Source: Neoechinorhynchus agilis (taxonomy: Eukaryota > Animalia > Acanthocephala). From it: a DNA stretch of 64,000 nt. The first letter of the stretch is position 1. Every line of letters starts with the position of its first letter. The notes beneath the pieces were generated by a model. That model worked only from the letters and a program-made list of their open reading frames with translations, did no database searches and had not been told where the DNA came from. Position numbers and translations under genes: made by a program. This document shows positions 48,700-60,975 of the stretch, in pieces. Location of the stretch: NCBI GenBank assembly GCA_051530055.1, contig CM121342.1:1832797-1896796 (forward strand). Direction: 5' to 3'.

Positions 48700-50100
48700 C
48701 AGCACCATTCTCAAAGGGTTCGCGCTACCAGGCGTTATTCAGAAAAATGACCAGATTCTATTGCCGTGGAGGCGGTTGCTAGGTTGGTATAAATCGGTTA
48801 CAATACGAGGAACACTGCGGTGCAGATGGTTGCTACTGCTCCGATGCGCCGCAGCAGAGTGAAGCATTTGAACTTGCCAGTTGACCAACGGTCAGCGATG
48901 ACGTTCCTTATTTCCATTTTGGATGCCTTCACAACAAATTTGAGAATTGGTGATGAACGCCAAAAGATGCGACTTGCTCGCGGCAAATCTACTCGATGCA
49001 CCTTTGTGACAAATACAACTTCCGTAATTTTGTAAAATCGGCAATAAGTAAACTCAACGAAGTAGCGAAAAAGCTGCTAAAATTGGCGAAACACTATGTC
49101 TACTTTATCCTTTGACACTGCCTGGCCCTATCGAAATTAATCTTCTTCGCTAATCCTTGCGACATAACGTGAAGCCGCGCTCCCAGTTCACTTGAGAGGG
49201 TTTGGTGATCTACTTGCGGCAGAAATGGCAATCCCAGTCTTTGACCCATTTGTTTCCCGAACAAGCCGCTTGACCATTCTAATTTTACCGACATTCTTAT
49301 CGGACCGACCATTAATTAACGATCAATAGTACCGAATCGCACTAGAAAAATGGAGTAAATAATTCGAGCGACATGTCCTAACGGATACGTTGGTCAACTA
49401 CTTGGTTTGAGAAGGAATTCCGATACCTCCTTGGTTCTTGTGTCGACCCCAAAGAACGAACACTTCTACTCGCGGCTGCAACCAAATGGTCCGGTAGTTT
49501 TCTTAACGCTTTATCAATCCCGTCAACTGGTACTAAAATCGATGACCGCTCCTTTGGTCTCGCTTAAGCACAACGCTTATTCGTGGCTTCCTCCGGCGCC
49601 AAGACGGGCAGCACACGAAACTTACGGATTCGATTGGCCCAAAACCCAAGCCATGCATTTAATACACAGGGCATTGATCTTTCTTTGAGCCGATCGGTTT
49701 AAACAGAGATGACGGGAAAGGACCGGACAGCGTATCAACATTTCCGTGGGAAAGAGGTCGTCTCCTTGGGACTTCACCTGCGCGATACCATTGCAAAGAC
49801 CAACTTGTCCCCTGCAGTCTCCGGAGTCGGTGAAGTAGCGAAAAGGGCACCGAAAATGATAGAAGTACAAATGCTTCGATCCGTCGATTCTACATTTTCC
49901 AACCTCTCGCCATTGAGACAATTGGTGCCTTCGGACTAAGCACCGCAGAATTTTTTACAAAGGATGTAATATTGTTGACCGTAACAACAAGGAACAAAGT
50001 GCAACCAACTATTTTTATCGGAGAATCAGTTGTGTGACAGAAGAGAATAGTAGATGCATCCTTGATGCGATGAAGATAAAGATGTTGCGTTGTTCCCATC
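48700..50100 (-). mobile_element. Decayed Ty3/Gypsy pol remnant (RNase H plus integrase)
   Basis: KDAS, KHLYFYHFRCPFRYFTD, LSHGNVDTLS (cf. HGNADALSR), AAHRSS integrase-end-like fragments; many stops. Confidence 0.55.
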
Positions 50101-50344
50101 GAAACTTTGATCGTTCAAATTTTAATAGCTAATTAAAATTTTGTCCATTTTGTATGTGTTTTTAAAATGCAGTTCTTCGTTGAAGAAGGAACGAAGTCGG
50201 AAATGAGTATTTATTGAGCCAAAAAGCGTTTGTCTCGTACTCATTCCTCTTTTGGTATTCGAAATTCGTCATCGTAGCGGGTTTAAAATCGAAATAAATT
50301 CATGGATGAAAAACATCGACTAAGCTTTAATCTCGAAAAAAGTT

Positions 50345-51227
50345 CTATCTTTTCTTGCGTTTTTCTCCAACAGGGCCCACAAATTTGATAACCACCGCTT
50401 TTTGAAGGATTTTTGACATCGGAATTCTCCAAAACTCCTCGGTTTGTGTCTTTTGAATTACGACTTCATTCGTCAAACACTCGTGAATGTTTCCTTCGAA
50501 TTTGTCATCAGAAGAGAACTCAACAATTACGTTAGTGCCACGTTTTAGTTTTGACCAATCAATTGTTGAATCTTCGTGCTGCTCGTTAGAATCTTGAGAA
50601 ACATTTGTTTGTTCGGTGTTAACCTCGCCACCGGCAGCCTCCACGTCGGCTATAGCCTGCTCGTCGGTCAAGCGGTAGAATCCCGTTAGACTGGATTCAC
50701 GTTTTAACCGAGACAACCGATTGGGAGGCGATGAGATACCCGTCTTAGCGATTGGGAGGTTCGAAGCGTTGTACGAAATCTTCTGAGGAGTTGCCATCGC
50801 CATTACCAATCTCTGTCTCATCATTTTCCAATCTTCAGCGTCCTTCAACAAATCAGACGTGTATCCCTGTAGCTTTACCCGCATGAACTTTCTCTCGAAC
50901 TTTGATTAAGTTCATACTTAAAATGGGATTACCTTGAGTGAAGGACAATGCACTTGCTCGTTTTCCAAAACGTCCGTCCTTATAAAGTAAACTGGTCTTC
51001 TTAGTCGGCTCCAAGTAGATCGCTTCAATTGGCTCACCTTGAAAGACCAATGCATCTTTCCCTGGTTGATCGACATAAGCTTCTATTTGGTCAACGAATA
51101 GCTGCTCCTCTACTACCGCATCCTTGATAATCTCATCCATCTGTCCACTTTCGGTTTTGTGGATTAAAAGCGCCAACTCGTGTGGATCCTCGGTTGGTTC
51201 TTCTTTTCCCAATACTGTTTTCTCCAT
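50345..51227 (-). CDS. Hypothetical protein with a C-terminal Tudor/SH3-like beta-barrel; probable intron 50867-50900
   Basis: Two overlapping long ORFs joinable by a 34-nt phase-0 GT-AG intron; WSKLKRGTNVIVEFSSDDKFEGNI...EFWRIP resembles a Tudor-like fold. Confidence 0.45.
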
Positions 51228-51559
51228 CTTTTCTATGACTTGCTAAAAGTAAAAACTTTTCTTATTTGCTAGTAAAACACACACTACAAACGTCGGTCAA
51301 GTTCTCTAAATCCATTCTGAGTTGAAGCGCTCAAGATCTAAAAGAGAGGACGAACAAAGCGGATCAGCGTTATCGAACGATGGTGCCATTTGGCTATGGA
51401 GAACATCTCCTCATTGGCGCAAACTTTCTAATGAAGATTTTGTAATGAAAAGAATTTTTAAACGGATTCTATCAAGATTTTTGTCACTGATAAAAATAGC
51501 GAATCAAAGAAACTGACAATTTTTTCCACGATAATCTCACTGATTTTTCGAATACTCAA

Positions 51560-51665
51560 TAAAAACTTAAGGAACTACCTCATCCAACGCTTGAGTGTGG
51601 CTATTCAACGGGGCAACACGGCAAGCGTGATAACAACGGCCCAATGGAGTGGCGCGGAATGAGGG
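51560..51665 (+). mobile_element. CRE-like element 3' fragment
   Basis: YLIQRLSVAIQRGNTASVIT. Confidence 0.65.
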
Positions 51666-52539
51666 ATTACGAAAAGTTAGTCTTTAAAGAATATATACGT
51701 CTTATATTAAATAAAAACTTCCTAGGTTTTTGAGACGAAAGCTGTAGTGGTTCGACGTTTGAATAACTAGAAATACAAAAAACCGAGTCGATGTCGACAC
51801 TTCGACCACAAAAATGATTTATGTAAAAGAAATTGTTCTTCCCGATTTAATCGAATATTGACCAATGGCGTTGCATGCACGGATTGGGACTTTAGATTGT
51901 TTTATAAAATGTTTTAGTGTTTACTCACGAATTCGGTACGCTTTCGAAGCTAAACACACTGCGGACGAAATTATGATGGGTGATCGGTACTTGCGTCTTT
52001 CGATTCATCAGTATATTATCCAGCGCGAATATCCACTTGCTATCAATTTTTCGAAGGTCCTTTTTCTCGCCTTATTCCATGCAAATTAAGTTGATGAGAT
52101 CATAAAAGCTCGTCCAAAATGGAAAGTATGAAAATGTTATCCATAGATTGTTTTTGGTCAGACGAAATCAAGAAAAGTGATTTAACTTGATTAATATTTC
52201 GTCATCTACGTGGGACTTCTTCAGATCTGCTTTATTAATTAGTCGACTATATGTCAAACATAGGAAGTGAATGCGGAAATTTTATACTTCATAGGTCGAT
52301 GACTAGACGTTCGGCTTCCGAAATAATCAAGTGAAAATTTTGCCAAGTGTTGAACGTTTAACCAAGACATCTAGAAACGAAATCTCGCCATCACCATTCT
52401 CGCTATAGACAGTTCACTGTGTGTGCATCTTGAATGTTCAGTACAGCATTTAAAGAGTCTTTGTTGTGGTTTAAATCGGCCACGAGAAAGTGGACTCCCC
52501 TAAGGTCAGAGCTAGTGACGATCCCATGGCTACCCCATT

Positions 52540-53040
52540 TGTTTGATCGTAAAAATAACCATTAAATTCAAAGGCAGTCATACTCGTGCACCATTGGTCG
52601 TTTTATTCAATGGGACATTGGCCAAGAAGGCGTTCACGTTGGCCGTAAACATTCTGTAGTGTACAATGTTTATGTTTCTAAACGCAATCGCAAACGTTAA
52701 ACCATCCTTAATGTGTGAAGCGGAGATTTGTAAAATTGATCTTCTATAAATAGACGGTATCGAGGGATGGGCTCGTGAATCGTCGGAAGGAGACAGAGAA
52801 GGCTCCCGCAGTTAATGATGATCTCGTCATATTGCTTATTGCTGACATTCTCTTGAGCGGTCTACACCTATTTACATCACTATGAAGTTCCGAGAAGGTC
52901 GACTGAAATGTTTAACCAAAGCAATTATTTGCGCTAGAACAGTCAAATCTTGCTCTAACTGTGGTCAAACAGGACATTACATATTCGCGAGGTCATGCCC
53001 GAAGTCTAAGAAATAATCTATATGGGTGCAGCATCAACAG
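52540..53040 (+). mobile_element. Possible Mutator-like transposase C-terminal remnant
   Basis: SCSNCGQTGHYIFARSCPKSKK zinc knuckle and a SWIM-like CTIGRF fragment; heavily disrupted. Confidence 0.3.
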
Positions 53041-53122
53041 ACGGATATAGCAACTAAAGGAACTGAATGGTATCAGAGACGAATCATCTATCTTGTCCGG
53101 TTCACATAGGCCAATATTGGGT

Positions 53123-53545
53123 CAGAAGGCTGATCCCTTCCCAAATCGGTCCTCCACTGAATTAAAACAGGGTTTAGACTCCACCAACCAGAACCTCTGC
53201 CCTGACTGAAATTACAATCATTGCTCCACATCTGACACTACACAATTTTTCACGCTCAGTCGACTCTCCTGTACTCCCTTTAATTTCGTCATATGATGTC
53301 TATCTCAAGAAATTACCTCGAAATTCGTTCCCTCAATCTGAAATTCAATACTGGGATATAACCCTCATGCGTGAAAACAGCTAGAATAATTCTTCTTCCC
53401 AGAAATGGACAGCCGATTTCCACCGAATCGTCGCGTCCAATATCCATCCTGCCTACTCTTTCAAAAATTATCGAAAAATGTTTAAAACTCGCCTTTTTGC
53501 GCTTTTCAACAACAAATAATCGCCCCTACAATTTGGCTTGAAGCT
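53123..53545 (+). mobile_element. L2/CR1-group LINE internal fragment
   Basis: Similar to 46945-47400. Confidence 0.75.
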
Positions 53546-54059
53546 CGGCAAGCCAAAGTTGCAATACGATGTGTAGGTCACAGTTGATCTTGACAATTCA
53601 CTGCTCGAATTTCGTACCTTTATTTTGAAGCTATGGACCAATGCAGAATTTGTTAGTTGGATTGTTCATTATTCGCACTAAGAAGTACGGAAGCTTGCAT
53701 TCCGAAAACGGTTTAAACTAGAGTTCTTGAATTTCGGCAGCAAAACACCGTTGTCCACCTCCTTGGAAAACGATATCCACTCGAAAGACAAAAATCTTTG
53801 GTAACTCCCAAAGATGAGGCTGCGGTATTATTAAGAATTAGAGATGCGAATCAAATAGTTACGTTCACATCTCACGATATTTTTTGCTCTGTTTCGCAAT
53901 CGCTCAGCATTATCGTGTTTTTGGAGTAAAACAAGATTGACGATGTCGGCGGACCTTAGGCGATCATTACTCAAATTTGCAGCATTAAAAGGCCGAAAAA
54001 TTCTACCAATTTAAAAGTTGATGATAGAGCTTTAAGTATACTTTCTACGATTAGTTAAG

Positions 54060-56660
54060 CCGCCTCCACCGCCGACGACGCTGATGTCGTCCCCTCGCTT
54101 CGCTCGGAACGTGGATGCTAGACAACAATATGAAGGAACCTTGCCCGTTTAATCGGGACACCAAACCGAAATTATGTTCACCAAATCACTGACACAGACA
54201 CCTTGAACGCGCCACTTATCGATCGCGCTCAACCTGAGAAGACCAACGCTGCTGGGCTCCCACGCGTCTCTACTGGTGTGTGTTCGGTTTGCGGTAAGTC
54301 TTATTAACCAATTCGGGGGTTTTGTTTGTCCATGGTCCCCGGGATCTCTGCTGCAGCGGGTCTAGTTCACCACAATCAACCGATCTGTTTATGCGTGGGA
54401 CTTCTCAGATCACCACTGACTCTATTTCGATACCTGATATCGTGCGGATTCTGCCCAGGAACGTCCTGAAACGGATCCCAAAGGACGCACGATATCAGGT
54501 CGCCAACGCATTTACGGGATTGCTCAACAATTGCCTCCAAAAGAACTGTGCGCCATCATGGACACGGCTTTTCGCATTCCCGCGCTTATTCCTCTGCACC
54601 AGCGGTGATTCTGGGGTGTCTTTGGCATCTACAATCAAGGAAAGGTTAGCCTCCTTTGAGCAGATATTTAGCAATTTCGAAATGAAATTTCGCAAGGTTC
54701 GTAAGGGATGCACGAAGGAAAGGTTTCGTTGCCGTTTTTCAAAGCGATCCCTGACTGAACCTGTCTCTTCGAAGCTTGCGAACGAAGATGTTCGGGGGGG
54801 GGGTGTTCGATTATTGTCATCCTCCGACAGTTTTGCACAAGGAGACAACGCGACACTACAAATACTCCGATCAAAACACCCATGCAGTAGTGGCAGTTTT
54901 GAAATTCCACCTCCTCCCATAAAAGACAGGACACCCACTCAAATTTCACAATTAAAATAGGCCATCTCATGTTTTGCAAGTGGTTCGGGTCATGGGCTTT
55001 ACGGGCTATGGCCTCAGCACCTAAAGGGCATAATGTCCTTAGCTCTCTCTAGAAAGTGTGCATTCTCGGTTAGTCGACCGCCTGACTGGAGAGGTTTTTG
55101 AATCCCGTTGCAAAAGACCTATTTTTCGGAGCATCATTATGTGCTCTCACAAGAAAAAAAGGTGGGATTCGTCCCATCGCCGTATCTTAGACGATACGCC
55201 GACTTGCAGGAAAAATTCTCTGTAAACGTATCACAGAGAAAACCGGACAGCAACTTCGCCCAGTCCAACTGGGTTGCTGCACATCCTGCGGGGCGGAAGC
55301 TATTGTCCACGCGCTAGGAAAATTTACTACGAGGAGTTCAGAGCCGTGCGTCATTCTTAAGTGTTATTTTCAGAATGCCTTTAACTCTCTCACTAGAGAA
55401 AACATGTTCTGCGCAATTAGGGAACACGCACCAGAAGCCTTCCAGCATTTTCTCGATGCCTACGGGACCGCGACTGCTTTGCTTTTCGAAGACCACCTCA
55501 TTTGGTCCGAAAGAGGAGTGCAGCAAGGAGATCCCCTCGGTCCAATCGCATCCTCACTAACAGTAAACCCAATAGCGCATTCTCTCCATTCCAGCTTCAA
55601 CGCTTGGTACTTATATGACGGTACGCTAGGAGGTAATCCCTCCGTTGTACTGCGCGATTTGGATACGCTGAAAAGGGAGACCTCGAGAATGGGCATTGAG
55701 CTCAATGCTGGAAAGTGTGAGCTCCTAGTATTAAATATCTAAGACGCCGGCAAAGTCAAGAAGCTAATGGATGGGTTCGAGGCCGTAGCTCAAGGTCTGA
55801 AACTCGTGACTCCAAAGCAACTCAGCCTTCCGGGTAGTTGCGTCTTTGATTCAAATGTGGAAGCTAAGATCGGCCGTATCATACCGAAACTTTCGTTGCT
55901 GTGCGATAGGGCGAGCGCTCTCTTGGCTCACGAATCGCTATTTCTGGCGTGGTTGGAGGCTGCTCCTCTGGCATCTGTGGGATCTCTTCTCACTGATGAG
56001 GTAACGGGGATCGCAGTGTCCTTAAGACTTGGTCCCCGATATGCACGCCTCATTGCTGTCGATGTGGGTCTTTGGTTGATGCTTTCGGGCGACACGGTCT
56101 CGTTTGCCGAAAGTCAGGAGGAAAGTTCTCACGCCATTCTGAGATCAATAGCGTAATTTCTCCGGCGTTGAGAACGGCGAACTTCCCCAACATCTTGGAA
56201 CCCGCCCATCTTTGTCGACTAGACGGTCGTCGACCTGACGGAATTTCGGTCTTTCCGTGGCGGGAGGGCAAATGCCTTCTCCAGGTCGTCACGTGTGTGG
56301 ACACCCTCGCAGTGAGCAACATTCCGTACTCCCTCGAAATCCCTGGAGGTGCAGCCAGTGCAGCGGAAGGGAGGAAGGTACGAAAATATAGGGACTTAGC
56401 AAGGACCCACTACTTTGTCCCCTTGGCAGCTCGGCACTCACTCTGCTCCAGGATCTCTCGAAGAAATTGAGAGAAACGACCGGCGATGCACGAGCAGGTG
56501 TATTCCTGCGACAAAATATCTCGCTTGCAGTACAACGAGGCAATGCTGCTAGCGTGATAGCGACAACCGGGGAAGGCGAGAAGCTCCAATTTTTGGCGGA
56601 CGGTGGTGATTGCACATTTTGTACTTTAACAAATAAAATTTGGTCAATAAAAATGTAACT
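54060..56660 (+). mobile_element. CRE-like RLE-type non-LTR retrotransposon, near full-length but frameshifted
   Basis: N-terminal CSVCG..HGPR..CSGS, IPKDARY, RT GVQQGDPLGP / WYLYDGTLGG, RLE RHSEIN..LEP..DGRRPDG..PW..TCVDT, QRGNAAS. Confidence 0.85.
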
Positions 56661-56694
56661 GTGTTACAAGGCTGTAAAAATTTAAACAAATTGT

Positions 56695-58300
56695 ATGATC
56701 GCTGTTTCGTCGATGCAAAATTGCGCTCATTTCAACCAACAGATCAACTTTAATTCGGACACGCGTCTTCCCGTTTTTCTTACTCCTTGTTTATCTGATA
56801 ACTATGTTAACATGTTATATTTTCAAGAAACCGGCTTTTATAAATTGCTTCCTTTTGATAATTATGATTTTCATATTCTTCTCCCTTGCTCCTCATCAAC
56901 CAATCAGCATATTAGCTTCTCTGGAGGACTCCAAACATTTATTCTTAAATCTTACTCTTCTAGACTTCTCTTTCAAACAAAAAATATCTCTTTTGTAATG
57001 CGAATTCTATCTTTTAAGAATCCCTTCTGTGGTACCTCATCTTTCTTCTCTTCTACTCTTATCATTTGCAACTTGTGTATTCAACCCAGACATGTGGGAA
57101 AATTTACTAAATCTTTTGTACGTATCCTCCGTTACTGGAATCCCGAATTTATTGTCGGTGATTTCAATAGTAATTTTTTAAATGCCTTTAGGCCCTTTTT
57201 TAAGTTTCACAATTTTTTGCTCCCTAAATATCCTTCATTTCATAATGTTAAATCCAAAAGACAAACCTTCTTGGATGGCGCAATTATTAAAAAGTAAATT
57301 CTAATTGCATTCTATCCTGCTTCCCAACTTCAGTCACAGAGATTGTTAGCACATGACTTCATTCTTTTTAAATCTAATGGCATTTCTCTTAAGGACACTT
57401 TTGTTTTTAATCCTCAAAGCTTATCGAAATATCCTCTGTACATAAAAATTTAATTATCAAGTCTATGATCAAGCGACCCCCTGTTTGTCATGAAGCCAAC
57501 ATGTTTTATAAAAAAGCTGTTATAGCTGATTTGTAGTGAAAAATTTTTACACGGCTAAGTTTTATCATCAAGTTTGGTTAGACAAAACGAAGCTGATCTC
57601 TCTTAAGCCTTCTGTAAGGACTTTTGGTCCTGTATTTTGAAAAGAAGATCAGTTTGCTGGAAGGCAAAAGCATCTAACTGGATTGGCTCTATATCTTATC
57701 CTGCAGTAATCGAGTCTATTTTGATGGCACATACTTTTAGTGCATGTTCTTCTCCTCCACTTCCTAAATAAAAAGTCTTCATGGAATTTCGAAGTGGAAG
57801 CTTTTTTAAAGGCTTGTAAATCAAACCCCTCTAAGGCTTATAATATAAGTGGCACTTCACCCAAAAATTTTACTGCTATCTCTTATGAAGTTCAATCGAT
57901 TTTTTTAACAGGCTTCGTTTACCGAAAATTGATTTTAATGATTCCCTTAACGTTAATATTCTTAAGAAAATTTTTATTCGACGTATTTTTAACGCTACCT
58001 ACATGATGATATATTTCTATTTTGTAAAGCTAGAACATATTCAATCCTAACTAATAATATAGCTAATTATATGCATTCTTTGTCGTCGGAACTTAGGAAA
58101 GCCAATTTAGTTACAAACAATAACAAAACTTTCTTTATTCCACTTACTAAAACCTTGGTCTCGAGGAAGCTCCTAATTAATGAATTAGCATCTAATTTAA
58201 ATTTCCTTAATATCAACTTTAGATCACATTCCAGGATTTTAGATGTAGACTTCCCCCACCAGATGTAATGTGACGCGTCAATTGAGAATCCCTGTGTATA
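56695..58300 (+). mobile_element. Decayed APE-endonuclease LINE remnant
   Basis: YFQET, IVGDFNS, PSFHN..TFLDG and AHDFI (SDH-like) EEP motifs. Confidence 0.55.
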
Positions 58301-58310
58301 TGTGTTTTAG

Positions 58311-58395
58311 ATCGCTGAAGAAGATCCGAGATAGTGGATCGAAATATCAAATCAATAAATTCTTAATTTCATTTATTTTCTCCTATCGACAAACA
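58311..58395 (+). ncRNA. Repeat with minimal hammerhead core at 58315-58348
   Basis: Identical to 31092-31172 inverted. Confidence 0.5.
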
Positions 58396-59160
58396 TAGAA
58401 TTTTTATCAACTCTTCCGTTAAAAGCCTATTGACAAAAACAGTTATCTTCATCAAAAGAGCAAAAAGGCTCTCCATCTCTTCTCCTTTTATCTCCAAAGT
58501 TTTAAAAATCTTTTTATGGGGTTCCATTGGTTTTTTCGCACGAGGCTGGCCCCTGAAAATAGGCTTTCCTTTTTTTGTATCTTGCTAAATAAGCTTAGTG
58601 GTATTCTCTTTAGAAATAATATAGATACGGAACCCCTTTTTCCCTTTTAACAAGACTTTAATTGTCTAAAATCTGGTTTTTTTCTAACCCTAATTCTAAC
58701 TGTAAATATTTTAAATACAACTTTTCGGTTCTTACAATCTTTTACAATAACTCTTCTAGTTTTTCACCCATTAATTCCACTAATTTATTAAACAGGAAAG
58801 AGGTAAGTGATTTCTTTACCCTCATCTCTCTTTTACAGGCTCAGAATAGGAAAAGTATACTTATTAATAGACAATAGAAAGGGTACTCGAGGCTGCTGTG
58901 AGGGATTTAAGAGATATTCAACTCACAGTTGTCGTAAGCCCGGGACATGCTGGATCTTATAAACTAAAGAATTGGAGAACTGATTTGTGTGTGTTTGTAT
59001 GAGGCGTATGAATAATAATAAACAAATATTTCTACGTAGCAAAAATATTAGATATAAAAATATACATTAGAACTGTAAATTGTTAGGTTCGTTCAGTTAA
59101 TTCCATGCTATTTACCTTCGTTCTCATATATAAGAATTTTAGTTGCAAAAACTAGAAAAC

Positions 59161-60747
59161 ATGGAACAATATAATAAAGCACAAAGGCTAACCTTAAACT
59201 CAAATAACGCGGGAACAGAAGGAAATAATAATTCCAAGGAAGAGAAACCTACGTCCTCCCTGTCGGCAACTTATGATTCAACGGCGTATCCCATCTTACC
59301 GTACGAAGTGATTTTACAAATAATAGAACATCTCTCAGCACAAGATCTTAACAGTTTCTCGCGAACATGTATTCAATTACACAATGAAATAACGCAGAAT
59401 CGAGAATACCTATGGAATATTCGACATTTTGAAAACAAACTCGAATATTATGGTCCGTGGTTCAAAGAAAACAATATCCTCGAGTCTTATTGGATGCACA
59501 TGAATTCTGAAGGACAAAAAGCTTATCCAAACTTCTGGCAAAGATTTATGTTGGAAGATTGTTTAAAAAAAGTGTGGAAAGATAAGACATTTAGTAAAAT
59601 AGTTGGTAAAGATACATTACATGGTTCAGAAAAAGTTTGTGGTTTTTTATATGACGGCAAGTATACAGTTACCTTTGACGAAGAAGGAGAGATACAAATA
59701 TGGGAATTCAGTCGGCATCTGCAATCTATCCAAGTATTTAATTTAAGCGAAGGTAGTGTGGAACTTCAATATCCATATTTGATTACTGCGTCGTACGATG
59801 GTGTCATTTATGTTTGCCACCTTCCGAGCTCAGAAATTCTTTTTGGAGATCGCCCTCAAGGGTCGATTTCGTGTTTAAAAACAATGATTCCATTTGGACG
59901 AGATTTGATATTCACTGGAAGCGATGAAGGAACTATCGTGATGAATAGTTTAACGAGAGACGATAATGCCGAATCGCGTTATAATTCCATGGTGTTTATC
60001 GATATATTCCAAGATGATCGATCAAACGAGATTTTCCATCTTTGTACAAGCAGAAATTATTTAGCCAGTTGTTGCGACAACGATGTTATAACGGTCCGCC
60101 GGATAAATGATGACCTGCGAGTTTACGTGGTGCATAAGTTAAAATGCCATTCGGAATCAATAGATTGCCTTTATCTGGACGATTCGAGGGTTATTTGCAT
60201 TTGTTTCAACGACATTATAACAATGTGGGATTTGCCCAGCGGAGATGTCCGAACGGTTTTAGACGATTTAGGCTATAGTTTTCATTCGATGACAATCTTT
60301 GGTAAACATGTCTTTATTGGCGATAATGAAGGGCAAGTTTATGTGTACGATATGGATAACAAGAAGCGATTGTATACACTTCAAAAAAATGTTGGTCATT
60401 CTAAAAAAGTCCGATGGATCAGTGTAACAAGGTCAAATATTGTCACTTGTGGAGACGATGGACGACTTATTATCTGGAATGGAAATACAGGTGAATTGAT
60501 TCGTATATTTGAGATGAAAGGAAGTGATAACAGAAGGATGCCGCTAAAAATGGTTTCTTGTTCTGAAACACGGATTGTTTGTATCGGACAAACGACTTAC
60601 TCTTCATTAATTTATCATATTGATTTTACTCCTGAAAATATTGGAAAGTCATTGAACGATGCAAACATGCATCCAGAGAATCCACTTTGTTGGATTGTTA
60701 ACCCTCAACATGTAATGAAGCCGCTTTCGTTTAAATCAAACTATTAG
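59161..60747 (+). CDS. F-box/WD40-repeat protein (FBXW family), intronless
   Basis: F-box ILPYEVILQIIEHLSAQDLNSFSRTC; WD repeats IFTGSDEGTI, IVTCGDDGRLIIWN; first ATG at 59161. Confidence 0.85.
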   Translation: MEQYNKAQRLTLNSNNAGTEGNNNSKEEKPTSSLSATYDSTAYPILPYEVILQIIEHLSAQDLNSFSRTCIQLHNEITQNREYLWNIRHFENKLEYYGPWFKENNILESYWMHMNSEGQKAYPNFWQRFMLEDCLKKVWKDKTFSKIVGKDTLHGSEKVCGFLYDGKYTVTFDEEGEIQIWEFSRHLQSIQVFNLSEGSVELQYPYLITASYDGVIYVCHLPSSEILFGDRPQGSISCLKTMIPFGRDLIFTGSDEGTIVMNSLTRDDNAESRYNSMVFIDIFQDDRSNEIFHLCTSRNYLASCCDNDVITVRRINDDLRVYVVHKLKCHSESIDCLYLDDSRVICICFNDIITMWDLPSGDVRTVLDDLGYSFHSMTIFGKHVFIGDNEGQVYVYDMDNKKRLYTLQKNVGHSKKVRWISVTRSNIVTCGDDGRLIIWNGNTGELIRIFEMKGSDNRRMPLKMVSCSETRIVCIGQTTYSSLIYHIDFTPENIGKSLNDANMHPENPLCWIVNPQHVMKPLSFKSNY

Positions 60748-60909
60748 ATTATAAAATGATTATGATTAAGTCCAATTTATAATAAAATATCTATAAAAAA
60801 TTTTATTTGGTGGATCGTTAACACATTTCACAATCGCGTGCCATCGTTTTTTGATTGTCTTTATTTTCACAGTTTATTCGATAATTAAAGTAACAAAAAG
60901 AGAGCTTAT

Positions 60910-60975
60910 AAACATTCACGCCACCGCTCTGGATCACTTACCTGCTATCCTGGTGTAACGGTCGAAAGGACCGTA
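60910..60975 (-). mobile_element. CRE-like element extreme 3' end
   Basis: ccaccgctctggatcact...tcctggtgta.cggtcgaaag is shared with 45522-45580. Confidence 0.6.

Noticed and set aside
50867-50932. Frame-incompatible junction using the strong donor GTAATC (33 nt, one base too few removed)
   Set aside because: An in-frame canonical 34-nt intron (50867-50900) is available; the mismatch also runs opposite to the ASCC3 case.
58870-58960. RNase H-like peptide (VVSPGHAG)
   Set aside because: Too short and degenerate to assign.
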